Source: Xylographa opegraphella (taxonomy: Eukaryota). From it: a DNA stretch of 64,000 bases. The DNA is taken from the NCBI GenBank assembly GCA_022813865.1, contig JALDZX010000001.1, positions 372,001 through 436,000 of the forward strand. The letters run 5' to 3'. Under the pieces are notes generated by a model. It saw nothing but the letters and a program-made list of their open reading frames with translations, was not told the DNA's origin and did not search any database. Positions 25,601 through 37,717 of the stretch are shown piece by piece. A program made the translations under genes and the position numbers. Position 1 is the first letter of the stretch; the number at the start of each line of letters is the position of its first letter.

Positions 25601-26193
25601 ACGATGAGGTCGACTGAGTCCCAGGTGAGGGGCACAGTAGATCCATCGCTTTCAGTCGCTGTCAGGCGCTTGTGATGAAGTGCACGTTGCATTTGAGCAT
25701 TTGCTTCAATCGATCGCTCATTTTGGGTACTGTCATCCGGCGTAAGCCGTCAACTGGCGATATACGCTTTGCTACCGTATCTTACCTTCTGTGGATTCTG
25801 GGCATCTCCATGAATGATGCATATGTTGCTCCCGCCCGTGTCGAGTGCTAGAATTGTGGACGGCGGCGCCTCCATCTGATGTGATTTCTGAATATTGTCC
25901 AAAGTCCTTGCTCAGAGACCTCAGACCGTTGCTAGTTTCTATCCTTACTTTGCAATGAGACGTTTCTGAAATTCCTGCTTCTCTTGCATCATTAAGTTCT
26001 AATTTTCCCGGTCTGTAACTAGGTTTGGGCTGAGGTGTTGGTTTCATTCATGACTCGGTTATGCGCAAGAAGGACTCCACAATAATAGCCGCTCAGGACA
26101 GCGAATGTCAAACCCACTGCGACTCACTCATTGCTTAAAATATGCTCGGGTCCGAGTCGTTGCTCGTGATTCAGAGGTTTTTCCTTGGCTCTC

Positions 26194-26565
26194 ATGTCTT
26201 ACCCAGTTAATTCCACCACGACGGGGAAAACCAATGATGCTGCTGTCTGTCCAGAGGAACATGTCTACTGTAAGTATCCCGATCCAACATCTTTCAATGT
26301 TCAAAATGACCTTCAGGCAGTCCGTAATGAGGCTGCAGCCGACCCAAAACCCGTGTCAGAGCAGGAAAGAACGACTGGACAGCCATCTGGTTTCGAGCCG
26401 CTGGGAGAATCGCCAAGATGGATGTGGTGGGAAAGACACGGCCTGTCTATCGTTCTTCTGCTGCTCCTCCTAGCAGTCATCGCTGTTCTAATAGCCGAAC
26501 TCATCGTGAGAAGGTCAAAGAACGCACGAAGAAGTGAACCGCGCTGGGGAATGCTGTGGATGTAG
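26194..26565 (+). CDS. Possible small single-pass membrane protein (orphan)
   Basis: 123-aa ORF with one strong hydrophobic segment (LSIVLLLLLLAVIAVLIAELIV) followed by basic RRSKNARR; no family recognised. Confidence 0.4.
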   Translation: MSYPVNSTTTGKTNDAAVCPEEHVYCKYPDPTSFNVQNDLQAVRNEAAADPKPVSEQERTTGQPSGFEPLGESPRWMWWERHGLSIVLLLLLLAVIAVLIAELIVRRSKNARRSEPRWGMLWM

Positions 26566-27672
26566 CTTGTTCTTCAATGGCTCTCACTATTGACAGAGTA
26601 GCTTGGGCACACTACCCCGATCCTGCAATCACCGGTTGGAGGCAGAAGATGTGATTGCTGCAGATAAGCTCGCGCTGCGTAGATGGGATTTCCAAGTAAG
26701 CTCTTGATGTTATAAGCTTACTATACACGATATGTCGAGTTGACGTATAGTCCCCAGATATGTTATGTTTTGGGAAGTCATCGTTAAATCAACGTGTGTG
26801 GCGGTTTCAGCTTGATAAGTGTCCTACCCAGGTGTAATGTTATTAAGACGCTAGCAACATTGTTGGTTCACGGTTTTCAGTATTGTTGCACCAGGCCTTA
26901 CTCTGCTATCGTACATAATGTGTTGATGGCAATGTTTGTTGTATACCTATGCGATCAACACGAGAAGCGTGCGTGTTTCTTGAATGCAAAACAATCACTA
27001 CCTGATTCACATTCGGAAACACTTCTCCGCGATTACATGCTCTGCATTCACAACCACGCTCGTCTCTGCAACCCATACTTTCTCTGTTACTGCTTCACCC
27101 CAGCACAGCCACATCTTTCTCATGCCTCCATCCTGTCTTACATCTTCCTGTCATCTGCCCGAACCACTCCAGCGTTCATCTCTCACATCCTTTCCTCACA
27201 ACTATGGCTCTGCCGAGGAAAATTATCACAACTTGCACCACCCGCCAAGCTAAGCGGGTGTAGGCCGAAATCGACAGCTCCAAGTCGACGGGGCTAATTC
27301 CGCTTTGATATGAGCTTGGCGTGCCGCTGCATGAGATCTGCGACCGGGAGGTGGGAATAAAAGTTTATAACATTAGGAGAGATAGGAGATAGGGAATGGA
27401 GAGAGCGGAGACGCTGGCTCGGCTGTGGCAGGGGTTGCCTGTCTCGAAGTAGCCGATCGTCTACGAAGGCTTAGAAGTTCCGATGGTGGACAAAGCGCAA
27501 AGGGAGATACAAAAGATTGTCTGATTTCTGATGGCCCGATCGGCATGGGAAATCATGCCGAGATCGCAATCCTAAAGCTGGCTTGATATCTCCAAGGAGA
27601 CTGTGGACTTCTCGGAAAGATGCTCGCTGAAGCACTTTGAGCTAGAAAACGAAGACTTTGGCTGTGAATGGT

Positions 27673-29229
27673 ATGCCCTCCAAATCGGGCGATAGTGCAG
27701 ATCGTGAGATGCTTGACAGACCACATGACAACCTGCCAAACGATGGTAACATGGAGCCAGACGATGCCTCTGGCTGCGGCAATTCTTCGATCCTCGACAA
27801 CAACGGAAATTCACCGGTTGGGAAAGAGGGCGGTGACAGTTCCGGTGGCAGGTCTATTATTCTGGGCGACGAGGAGGATACTATCGCAAACACAGAGATC
27901 CAAGCTAAGCGTGAAGAATCTCCACTGGGTGCTAGCTGTTCTCAACCGCAAGTACAGAATGAAGGCCATGAGTTCGACCGCTATTTCGAGGGCGTTTCCT
28001 TTTCTCGGGACTTCGCTGCGGAAACCCTCACAAGCTCCATAACCGAAGCTGGACCCCAAGTGGAGGGGACATCGAACGACGGTGGCAGCGAGTTCGAGTT
28101 CGCAATGACTGACGAGGAGTTTCTCCGTTTCGCGGAACAGGTCTCGTTCCGCATAAGGGTTGCCGGCGACATGGAGAGCGCGCCTTTGGATCGGAGAGAG
28201 TCTCAAACAGGGATTAGCAATCCAGTACGAAGGGCACTGAGATCTGTTGCAAGGGCTCTGCCCGACAGGGTTTCCGGAGCTGAGGGTACCACGCACGGTG
28301 CGTCCGTAGTTGTGCAACAAGAGAGCAGCAGCTCATTCGGGGACTTCGGCCTGACCAACGACGAGCTTTTGGAGGTCGCCACGCGGGGCATAGTCATCCA
28401 GGAAACTGGCCGGGAGACGAGAGATTCCCCATTCGAAAGACAGCTCGCGCACATAGCCGCGCCCTGCCCCAGGCAGACCGTTCATCAGGCCCAGGTTACG
28501 GCTCGGCCCCAAGGGCGGCAGACCGCACGTGCGGACACGGCTGTATCACTCGCCCCAGCGACTGTAGTCGTTGCCGCTACGCCAGAGCAGCGGTCGGCGG
28601 AGCCGAGACCAAATCTACCCCTCCCGCCTGCTTCCGATGCATCCGCGCTAACCAGCTTCGGGATTTTCCTGCATCAGCAAGGCATCTCACCGCGCGAACT
28701 ATTTCTCACCGCAGACGAGGTGGCCGCCATCCGAGACCTCCCTTCCGTACCGGTCGAAGCCACTACTCGAACACCTACCTCAGCTAAACCGCAGCAAGCA
28801 GTCCGGAACCCACCGCATCGCCCCGAAGCAAGACCCGCTCCTCCCCCTGACCACGCGTCCGCGGAGGCCATCGCTCCACCTTCACCGTCCCCCGCGAGCA
28901 CCCTCGCACTCACCTCTTCCGAAGTCGCGAATCTCCATCGGCTCATCGCACAAGGAGCACAGAGGGGTCTCACCGACTCGCCGCCCGTTGTACCACTGCA
29001 CAGCTCCCACCCCCATCCCCCGGCCGCCAACGCCGCGTTCGTAGCACCGGCGTATCGTACGACAAACACCTCAGCCCAACCTGATGCTGTGGGAATGGCA
29101 CTGCGAGGCGCTCATAGAGCCGCGGTCGAGGCGGCGCGTGTTGCGCCTAGCGTTGTGGCGCGGTTGAGGCGTAATGGGGATTGTGGGGAGGGGTGGGTGC
29201 CGCCGAATGATAGGGAGAGGGGAGGATGA
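27673..29229 (+). CDS. Hypothetical, largely disordered protein (acidic N-half, Pro/Ala-rich C-half)
   Basis: 518-codon open frame from first ATG; no recognised domain; start uncertain. Confidence 0.55.
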   Translation: MPSKSGDSADREMLDRPHDNLPNDGNMEPDDASGCGNSSILDNNGNSPVGKEGGDSSGGRSIILGDEEDTIANTEIQAKREESPLGASCSQPQVQNEGHEFDRYFEGVSFSRDFAAETLTSSITEAGPQVEGTSNDGGSEFEFAMTDEEFLRFAEQVSFRIRVAGDMESAPLDRRESQTGISNPVRRALRSVARALPDRVSGAEGTTHGASVVVQQESSSSFGDFGLTNDELLEVATRGIVIQETGRETRDSPFERQLAHIAAPCPRQTVHQAQVTARPQGRQTARADTAVSLAPATVVVAATPEQRSAEPRPNLPLPPASDASALTSFGIFLHQQGISPRELFLTADEVAAIRDLPSVPVEATTRTPTSAKPQQAVRNPPHRPEARPAPPPDHASAEAIAPPSPSPASTLALTSSEVANLHRLIAQGAQRGLTDSPPVVPLHSSHPHPPAANAAFVAPAYRTTNTSAQPDAVGMALRGAHRAAVEAARVAPSVVARLRRNGDCGEGWVPPNDRERGG

Positions 29230-30349
29230 TGGCGGGCAAGGGATAGGGGTGCGGTGGGAGGAGACAGTGATTAGGGTTCAGGTCTTGGGGGCAAAGGCGG
29301 TAGAGGGATATTCTTTTGAACCTTCTAGCGAGGCGTTGCGGAGTGTTGCGCTTTCGGGTTTGGAAAGCCTGGCTGGTTGAGGATTGGGATTGTTTTGTGC
29401 TTGGGTGTGGAGGTGTTGTGCATCATGACTGGGGGTAAATGCGTACCTCGTCCCATGGTGCTCTTTTCTTAGATCAGACTGGATTATTTCCGTTCGGGAG
29501 TTTCGAAGAGGTTTCGAGTGCTTTCTGTTGCCATCAGAGTCCACAAGCATGTATTCGTGGCCGGGGGAAGCATTGTCTTGGTAGTATGCAGTCGGCTTCG
29601 AACGAATCTTAAAACAGGTCATTGTTCGCTATCTCAGACGGGATAAAAGAGAAGGCACTTTTTCAAGGTATGTGACACAGACCACACACAGGCAAGCAAG
29701 CAGAGTAGAGTCGTTGCAACGTGATTGTTGGACCACCCCGTTAGCAAATAATTGCGTGGGGTACCGTAGGTATGTGAACACAGAGGTGTCACTATCTTCA
29801 TAAGCGAGGAAAGCATATACTCTTGCCAAGAGAAGCCACATGTATTTAGCTAGACGCATAGAAACAAGTACAAGGCCGACACTGTACCCTAACTCCGGAG
29901 GCTGCACGCTGAACCGACAATTACCTGACCAATGAGTAAGACTCCCAGCCTGCCAAAAGTAGCGCAGCTATGTAGTACGTGTAGTATGCGTGAAGATTTG
30001 AAAGGGAAAAAAATGCCACGAGGCTGATGGTCGAAAGGAATGAAGCCACTGAGGAGCTGAGGCTGAAGGAGCGCGGTGGCTGGCGTCCCTGGCAACGGTC
30101 GGTGTGCTTGTTGTTGTAGTTCAAGCATGATTGTCAATTATGTACATGGAATTTTGGTAGACCAGCAAACAAACTGCCCACGTTGAAATAGCCGGATGAA
30201 TCTTTTGGGCTTGCAGAATAAAACCATCTCCAAAGTCCATTTAAGCCATGTGAAGTGACCAGACGCCGGATTGCCGCCATGTAAAGTGTCATCGTGCAAG
30301 TTTGCATCAGACGTCTTGAAATGCCAATTATTAGAATACCCATGCCGGT

Positions 30350-31159
30350 TTATGAATCGCTCATCAACTCAACCGGCGGTCTCGCCGTGTGCGCCATGAT
30401 TACCGTTTCGTTACTGTCCTGCGTTCCTTCTCCATCAGTGGTGTCTTCCACCATCACGGCCGGGAGGTTTGGACTGTCTCCATGATCTCCAGGATGATAG
30501 ACGACCGACTTGCTCCCGCTTCTCGTCCTACCTTCAGCGGAGTCTCCGTATCTCTCTCCACCGTTTGTGTCCATACTTGTATCCTCTGAATTCGACGTGT
30601 TTTGCAGGTCTCCTCTAGGCCCAGGTCTCGCATGTAATTTTGCCAATGCAGCGGCTAGATCATCTGCATGCACTTCCTTGTTCGGCGGCCCCTCGTTCCT
30701 CATCTCCCATCCGAACGGTGGACTCGGCGGAGGGCTGATGAAGAACATCTTTTGACTCTGTGGTGCGTGAAGATGCTGATCCACTGGCTCTACAGGCGTG
30801 GCTTCGCCAAAGTACACCCGGACACGATCTTGCATAATAGCCTCGCCATCAAGCAGCTGACGTATCCGTATGGCATCATCCACAGAATAGAAAGAGACGA
30901 TTATGCGTCGGAAGGATTTGAGAGGGGAGAAGGAGTGTAGAGGCGCCGAGGCGTTGATAAGGTCGCGGATCTGGACAAGAGAAGGGGCTGAGAAGATTGT
31001 CGGATCCTGGAGATTGGTGATGAGGAGAGTATTCGACGGAGGAGAGGGTACAATTAGTGGAGGCAGCGAAGAGAGGTCGAGTGTGAGAGGGGTGGAAGCA
31101 GGATGAGAGGAAGGACTATTGCTTTCGGTAGCCGGCGGAGAGACTGTGGTGTTCGCCAT
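30350..31159 (-). CDS. RCN1: Calcipressin / regulator of calcineurin (RCAN family)
   Basis: PSNTLLIT, FSPLKSFRRIIVSF RRM-like part, FFISPPPSPP signature, C-terminal HTARPPVE. Confidence 0.95.
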   Translation of the reverse strand: MANTTVSPPATESNSPSSHPASTPLTLDLSSLPPLIVPSPPSNTLLITNLQDPTIFSAPSLVQIRDLINASAPLHSFSPLKSFRRIIVSFYSVDDAIRIRQLLDGEAIMQDRVRVYFGEATPVEPVDQHLHAPQSQKMFFISPPPSPPFGWEMRNEGPPNKEVHADDLAAALAKLHARPGPRGDLQNTSNSEDTSMDTNGGERYGDSAEGRTRSGSKSVVYHPGDHGDSPNLPAVMVEDTTDGEGTQDSNETVIMAHTARPPVELMSDS

Positions 31160-31824
31160 GTTAGGTCCACAAAGGCAAAGCCGTCAAAGCTAGGAAAGTG
31201 GAAATCAGAATGGATGTTATGTGTTGGGATTACAAGGCGCACGGGTGTAGGAAATGATTCAGAGGTCACAAGGATTTATTCACTGACAGGCGCATCTCGG
31301 TGGCGGTGCCACTATGGTTTGCCTCGCGGCGGTAGGGTTCTGCGGCATGAAGATCACCCATGAAAAGCCACTTCTAGCCGTATTCTGACGGGCTGCCAAA
31401 AGCTCAGCCTGCTGTTTGTCGTAATCTATGCATGCGAACCTCCGCAGTTGGGTGGCTACCTACATACTATGTAGTAATATGGGTTTACAGGTGGGTCATT
31501 GGCTCTAGGCACGAATGAGAGTCTTTGGACTACGGAGTATGCCGAAACAGTAACAATAACTTAGTTGTCTTTGAATCTACGGAGATAAGGTACCGCCGTA
31601 CTCCGTCACGACGACTGGGATAAGAGACGCTAGCGATTTACCTTGCATTAGCGTCATATTAAGAATCTCGAACTTCACGTTCTTTTGACACAGCTGTGCT
31701 TCAGAGATGACCATGCAAAACATCCAATCCGATACACAATCCACCATACGGGACGTCGATGTGCAGATAGTTTAGTTAGTCAATAGAGCGCCGTGCGCCC
31801 GCGCTTTCCTCGACTCTCCTCATC

Positions 31825-32961
31825 ATGGATTACGACGCTATGGATGGATTGGAGGACATTGGTCCCCGAGTGACCGTCCGTGAGGTAGAACTTACGAGCA
31901 ACATATATGCAGCATACAAAGCTGATACGAGATCAGGCAGGCAATTCCTCTGTCGGATTCGTCCTCAGCAACGTTGATCTCGCGTTCGCCAACTCCCTCC
32001 GACGCATCATCCTCGCCGAAGTGCCCACCATGGCCATCGACCTCGTCGAAGTCGAAGCCAACACATCTGTTCTGCCCGACGAATTTATCGCGCATCGGCT
32101 CGGTCTGATCCCCCTCAACTCCAAGGACGTCGACTCGATTCTCTACACGCGCGACTGCGACTGCGAGCAGTATTGCGACAACTGCAGCATCACACTCACT
32201 CTCCACGCGCGGTGTACGGGCACCGACATCATGAGGATATACGCTCGCGACTTGGTCATAGGTAGCGTGACGCCTAATGATCAAATAGGACGGCCAGTAC
32301 TCTCTGATGTGGAAGGCTTTGGCTCGGTGATCGGGAAGTTGCGGCAGGGACAAGAGCTGCGGATGAAGTGCATAGCTAAGAAAGGGATTGCGAAAGAACA
32401 TGCAAAGTGGGCGCCGACGAGCGCTGTGGGCTTCGAGTACGATCCGCATAACAAGTTGAGGCATTTAGATCTGTGGTACGAGGAAGATGCGACCAAGGAA
32501 TGGTATGTAGTTTCCCTTCTGATTGCTAAGCTGTAATCAACCTCAAGCGAACTAACAAAAAGCCCCCAAGGCCCAAGTCCAAGAACGCAGAGTGGGAGGA
32601 GCCTCCTCTCGAAGGTGCGCCCTTCAACTACGATGCGCAACCAACAGAGTTCTACTTCGATGTCGACTCGATCGGCAACCTCGAGCCCGACGCCGTCATC
32701 CAGCAAGGCATCAAGGTCATGCAGCAGAAAATAGCCGCCGTCATTCAAGATCTGACAGGCGACGAAGGCAGAGGCGGGGACGTCGAATACGAGCCCCGCA
32801 GTCCGGGAGCTATGAACGCCGCGGGCGACTACGGCGGAGGCCTGGAAGGCGGCTACACGACACCGTACGGCAATGGCGGCAACGCAAGTGCGTGGGGCGG
32901 AGGCGCGCAGACTCCCTATGGAGCTACGCCGTACGGTCAGAATAATGGCTGGGCTGCCTGA
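31825..32961 (+). CDS. RPB3: RNA polymerase II subunit 3; introns 31885-31936 and 32503-32570
   Basis: ANSLRRIILAEVPTMAIDLVEVEANTSVLPDEFIAHRLGLIPL, CDCEQYCDNC zinc site, AKKGIAKEHAKW, FEYDPHNKLRH. Confidence 0.97.
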
Positions 32962-33374
32962 AATTATCAAAATGGGGGATATGGGTTATCATGGATTGGG
33001 CGTCGTAGGTGGGTTGGATGGCCCATGCCTGAATCAGGGCTTTGTGTAACAGGAGACATGGTCCACATTAGCTGGAGTCTAGGTACGATGAAAACTTGGA
33101 GTGTCCTAGAATGTGTCCGCTACCTGATGTATGATAGCATCGTAACGAATACGAACACACAGATGCGTCAAAGTGTGGAATGTTATGTGATATGTCTTCC
33201 CGTATATATACAGACATGAACCGCGCATCCAAAATAATCTTAGTCCATCTACGCGCTTTAGACACTTACCTCCAGCGCCTTGCTGAATGCCAGATCTACT
33301 TCTTGTGCAAGAGTCCTGACATCCAGATCCAAAAACCTGGCTGCGTAGCGAACCAAAATTCCTCACTCTGCCCG

Positions 33375-34448
33375 CTAATCCTCTTCGATACCCTTAATCT
33401 TCCGATAGTACTTCTTATGCTGCTCCAGAAACAAGAACGTTGCCACGGTATGCGGACCCAAACGCACAAAGCTCGGCACCCAGCCCCGGAACATCCACGC
33501 GGCGCCCTCGGCCCTGTATATCTTGCCCAGCAGTTTAACGATGCCCTCGCTCTCCTTTGCGCTCATGATGCGCGTCTTGACCACGTCCACCGGACTGCAG
33601 ATTGTCGTCGCCACGAACCCTGCGAGTATGCTCGCGGAGAAATGCGTGGTCAGGTTGTCCGTGAGACGCGTGTGCGTCAGCAGGAGCTCCTTGAACCCAT
33701 CATAGGATGCAAGCTGCGATGCCGTCATCAACACTGCGCGCATGCTGTTCGGCCAGACGCCTCGGAAGAGTGCGCGCCATCCTTCCTCGCGGGTCATGCG
33801 AACCAGGCCGTCTACAGCGTTCTTATAGTTTCGCCGCTGAGCTTCCGGTAGTGCGGCGTCATGCTGCATGCGGACGTTGAGGACGTCAGCAGGGTTACCG
33901 GCTATACCGCCCAGGAAGCCAGAGGTCGAGGCCATGGCAATGAGAGTAGGGAACGAGGGTGTCCCGGGATTGGCGGTCTTGAGATACTCGTAGACACCGA
34001 AACGCGTAGTCGAGTAGGTCAGCTGGCGGAGGAGTGACGCAGAGAGCTTGTAAATAGTCAGCCAGAGACTCAGAGGGAGATGCTTGGGTACGAATGCTCA
34101 CACCACTGTAGAGACCTCGGAAGCCATTGGTCTTGAATATGTGCGTGAAGGTACCGAGCATGCCCTTTGGGCCATCGGAGGCACGTGTCTGGAGGCGGAC
34201 CTATGCATGGTAAGCCGATCGTGCAGATTGTGAGATTTCCCAAACGAGGAGTACCTTGACTGGAAGAATTCTGTTAGCTGATTGCAGAAACGTGACTTTT
34301 ACTATGAGGCTGTATTACCAAGGTCTAGCGGGTGTGTCACCGATGCTGCGAAGCAGGACGCCGAGCCTCCAAACCAGAATGGATAATGGATATTCTGGGG
34401 GTATTTGTGGCTGTACTCATGCTCCTTTGTTGCAACAGAAGATGGCAT
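33375..34448 (-). CDS. DIC1: Mitochondrial dicarboxylate carrier; introns 34260-34318, 34201-34254, 34047-34101 (5-nt micro-exon 34255-34259)
   Basis: YPFWFGGSASCFAASVTHPLDL|VK|VRLQT, GNPADVLNVRMQ, SPVDVVKTRIM (three PxDxxKxR carrier motifs), PSFVRLGPHT. Confidence 0.92.
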
Positions 34449-34736
34449 GACTCTGCTCCCATTCCGTCTGCGGTGCGCGGAGGTCCCGGATGGGCAGGGT
34501 CGGCGGATAATTTAGGGGCAGTCCTTCCACGGATACCAGAGAATCTCCAATGGCTCGGGGTGGCCAAAAGCGTAAGATAAGTTGGTGAGCTGAAGGATTT
34601 GCCAAATTTGAAGATGCGGGTTGACGTAGTTTCGTGACACCAGAAATCTTCCCGGAAACCTTGACAAGGGGTCCAAGCTTCTTGCTTGCTTGTCGCCGAA
34701 CCTCCGGTTCACAACCTCTCACTGTAAAGCACCGTT

Positions 34737-36257
34737 ATGCAATCATCTGGCAGAAGGAGAGCATTTAAGCTTGCACAGGATCGATGGTCGGCCACAGGAG
34801 TGAGGTGGACAACCGGGGCGTCAAAACCCCCATTCATTTGTTCCAATTGCCGGCGCCAATCCACAGCTACAGCTTCGCAAAGTCCGTCGCTGACCTGGTC
34901 TAGCCATCAGAAGCCATCTGCAGGCGTATCCCTTCTCTCTATCGACGGCCACAACTACCAGACAGACTCCTGGACAAACGTCCCTCCCAACATTATCTCC
35001 GCCATCCCCCGCCGCTTACATCTCCAACCTTCCCACCCAATCGCCCAAACCCGCGAGCTGATCGAGTCCCGATTTCCCGCTCCAATATTCAAACACTATA
35101 ACAACTTCTCCCCTGTCGTCACCGTCGCTCAGAATTTCGACTCCCTGGGATTCCCCGCGGACCACCCGGGTCGGAGTCGCACCGATACTTATTATGTCAA
35201 CAAAGATACCTGTCTGCGTACCCACACATCCGCGCACGAGGCGGACATCTTCCGTGCAGACGAGAGCGTGGGCTACACCATCAGCGCAGATGTCTACAGA
35301 CGAGATGCCATTGACCGGAGCCACTACCCGGTATTTCATCAAATGGAGGGGGCTCGACTGTGGGACCGGCAGGAGGTCTCCGGAGGCGACATAGCAAAGG
35401 CCGTTTGGGCAGATGTGGAACGACTGCCGAAGCACGACTTGAAAGTCGAAGACCCGAACCCGACCATTCACGAAGAGCGCAATCCGCTACAAAGGGACTT
35501 CCACCGCGCCGAAGAAGTTGAAGCCATAGCGGCACATCTGAAGCGGTCCTTGGAAGACGTCGTCGTCGAGATCTTCTCGCATGCGAAAGCGGCCGCTCTC
35601 GCTTCCGGAAACGGCAAGGCCGAAGCAGCGGACGAGCCGCTCCGAGTCCGCTGGATCGAAGCCTATTTCCCATGGACCAGTCCGTCGTGGGAGCTGGAAG
35701 TCTTCTGGCAAGGCGACTGGCTCGAGCTGCTCGGGTGTGGCATCGTCAAGCAAGACCTACTCCACAACTCCGGCGTGCCCACGAAACTGGGTTGGGCGTG
35801 GGGCATCGGCCTGGACCGTGTCGCCATGCTCCTGCACGCCATCCCGGACATCCGCCTCTTCTGGTCCCAGGACGAGCGCTTCCTCTCCCAGTTCTCCACC
35901 GCCAAGCCCATCGCCCGCTTCGTGCCCTTCTCCAAGTACCCCGCCTGCTACAAGGACGTTGCCTTTTGGCTCCGCAGTTTCAGCAGCAGCAGCGCCGCCG
36001 GCGGTGGCCTTCGCAGCAACGCGCAGGACTTCCACGAAAACGACGTCATGGAGATCGTGAGAGGGGTGGCGGGCGATCTGGTGGAGGATGTGAAGCTGTT
36101 CGATCAGTTCACGCATCCGCGCAGCGGGCGGCGGAGTCTGTGCTACAGGATCAATTACAGGAGTCTGGAGCGGACGCTGACGAACGCGGAGGTGAACGGG
36201 CTGCACGACGACGTGAGGGCGGAGCTGGTACGGAAGATGGGCGTCGAGTTGCGGTGA
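34737..36257 (+). CDS. MSF1: Mitochondrial phenylalanine-tRNA ligase (monomeric, C-terminal anticodon-binding domain)
   Basis: QNFDSLGFPADHPGRSRTDTYY, LRTHTSAH, YRRDAIDRSHYPVFHQMEG, GIGLDRVAM, IPDIRLFWS, SLCYRINYRSLERTLTN. Confidence 0.96.
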   Translation: MQSSGRRRAFKLAQDRWSATGVRWTTGASKPPFICSNCRRQSTATASQSPSLTWSSHQKPSAGVSLLSIDGHNYQTDSWTNVPPNIISAIPRRLHLQPSHPIAQTRELIESRFPAPIFKHYNNFSPVVTVAQNFDSLGFPADHPGRSRTDTYYVNKDTCLRTHTSAHEADIFRADESVGYTISADVYRRDAIDRSHYPVFHQMEGARLWDRQEVSGGDIAKAVWADVERLPKHDLKVEDPNPTIHEERNPLQRDFHRAEEVEAIAAHLKRSLEDVVVEIFSHAKAAALASGNGKAEAADEPLRVRWIEAYFPWTSPSWELEVFWQGDWLELLGCGIVKQDLLHNSGVPTKLGWAWGIGLDRVAMLLHAIPDIRLFWSQDERFLSQFSTAKPIARFVPFSKYPACYKDVAFWLRSFSSSSAAGGGLRSNAQDFHENDVMEIVRGVAGDLVEDVKLFDQFTHPRSGRRSLCYRINYRSLERTLTNAEVNGLHDDVRAELVRKMGVELR

Positions 36258-36514
36258 AGGGGATGTGGAGTCTACTTTGGTGGCTCGTGGATGTAGTTTA
36301 TATACTGTAAACCCGGCTCAGAAATGCTCAATCGCATGAAATCGAGTCGCACCGGTGAGCAGACATTTGACTGCTGACGCACTGCCTCAACCATTAATTC
36401 CGTGCTCTCCCGTGCCCTCTATGGTAGAAGAGTGGCGATATTTTATACAGTCCAAGCCCGCTGACCCCCCAATATCGGTATTGATACAAAACGACGAAAC
36501 CAATCCCCCCCCCC

Positions 36515-37458
36515 TCACGCGTTCTTCACAACCCCAACCTTAGCAGCCTAAGCACCGCAACAACAAAAGTCAGCCACCAAACTCTCACACACTCTCCCTT
36601 CAACAGTCTCAACGATATGGCCCACTCACCCTAATAACGCGCCCATTCAAACTGAAGCCCTTCTGCTGCGTCAAAAAGACCGTCCCATCCTCCTTCCCCT
36701 CCACCCTCGTCATGAACGTCGCCTCATGCACATTCGGATCGAAGCGCTCCCCCCGCGCGCCGGGATCGAAGCGCTCCAAGCCATGTTTGGCGAGCGTCTG
36801 CATCAGGATGCGCTCCGTCATCTTCAAGCCGTCGTACAGGTTTTTCAGATCCGCGTTCTCCGCCGCCGTCAGCTTCTCCGCCGGCACCGTCTCGAGCGCG
36901 CGGTCCAGGTTGTCCACGCTGTCGACGAGGTCTTTCGCGAAGCGCGCGATGGCGAAGTCCCGCGCCGCCGCCACGTCACGCTTCGTGCGGTCCTGCAGGT
37001 TGCGGAACTCGGCGACTGAGCGTAGGTATTTGTCCTGTTGGGGGGGGAGGGGGTGGCCTCGTCAGCGGGGGACAGCAGGAGGTCCAAAACGGGGGGGGGA
37101 GGGGGTTCGGTGGGAAAGAGAGAAGGGGGTGAGGGGGGGAGGGAGGCGGTGGCATTACTTTGAGGTCGATGATCTCCCTGTTTTTGGCATCGAGTTCCTT
37201 CGTCAGCGGATCTGCTGTCTCCGTGTCCGTCTCTGCTTCCGGCGCCGCTGGCTCGGACGGTGCGGCCTGAGCGCCCGTCGTGGGCTCTGCGGTCGTCTCG
37301 GAGGAGGAGGAGTACCATCGTGAAGGGGAGGCGCGGCTGCTGGGGACGGGGGTTATTCGGGCGAGCGGCGTGTAGAATCTGGAGGGGTTCAGGTTGGAGG
37401 TCCGGTAGAGCTTGGAGCCGATCGCTCTCGAGGGGCGGAATAACGATCGCTGAATCAT
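36515..37458 (-). CDS. MGE1: Mitochondrial GrpE nucleotide exchange factor; introns 37035-37158 and 36548-36629
   Basis: Presequence, then LK|DKYLRSVAEFRNLQDRT, FAKDLVDSVDNLDRAL, FDPNVHEA, QKGFSLNGRVIR|AAKVGVVKNA*. Confidence 0.94.
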
Positions 37459-37717
37459 TGCTGCGGTGCTGTGTGGAGCAGATGCTGTAGACCTTCGGTT
37501 TACAGTACTTCGTAGACTAGTCTACTGGACAAAAAAAAAATTGGCGAGGCTCGGTTCGGTGACGTCCTGCTCGGCTCAACATCCTTCCTCGGCTCGAATA
37601 CACTTGGACGGCAAGGGACATCGATGGATTCGACAGCCAGTATGCAGCACGCAAGAGTTACAAGAACGCGTCAAACCTCTCCACCTCCTCCATCAACCTA
37701 CGCACACAACATCTACA

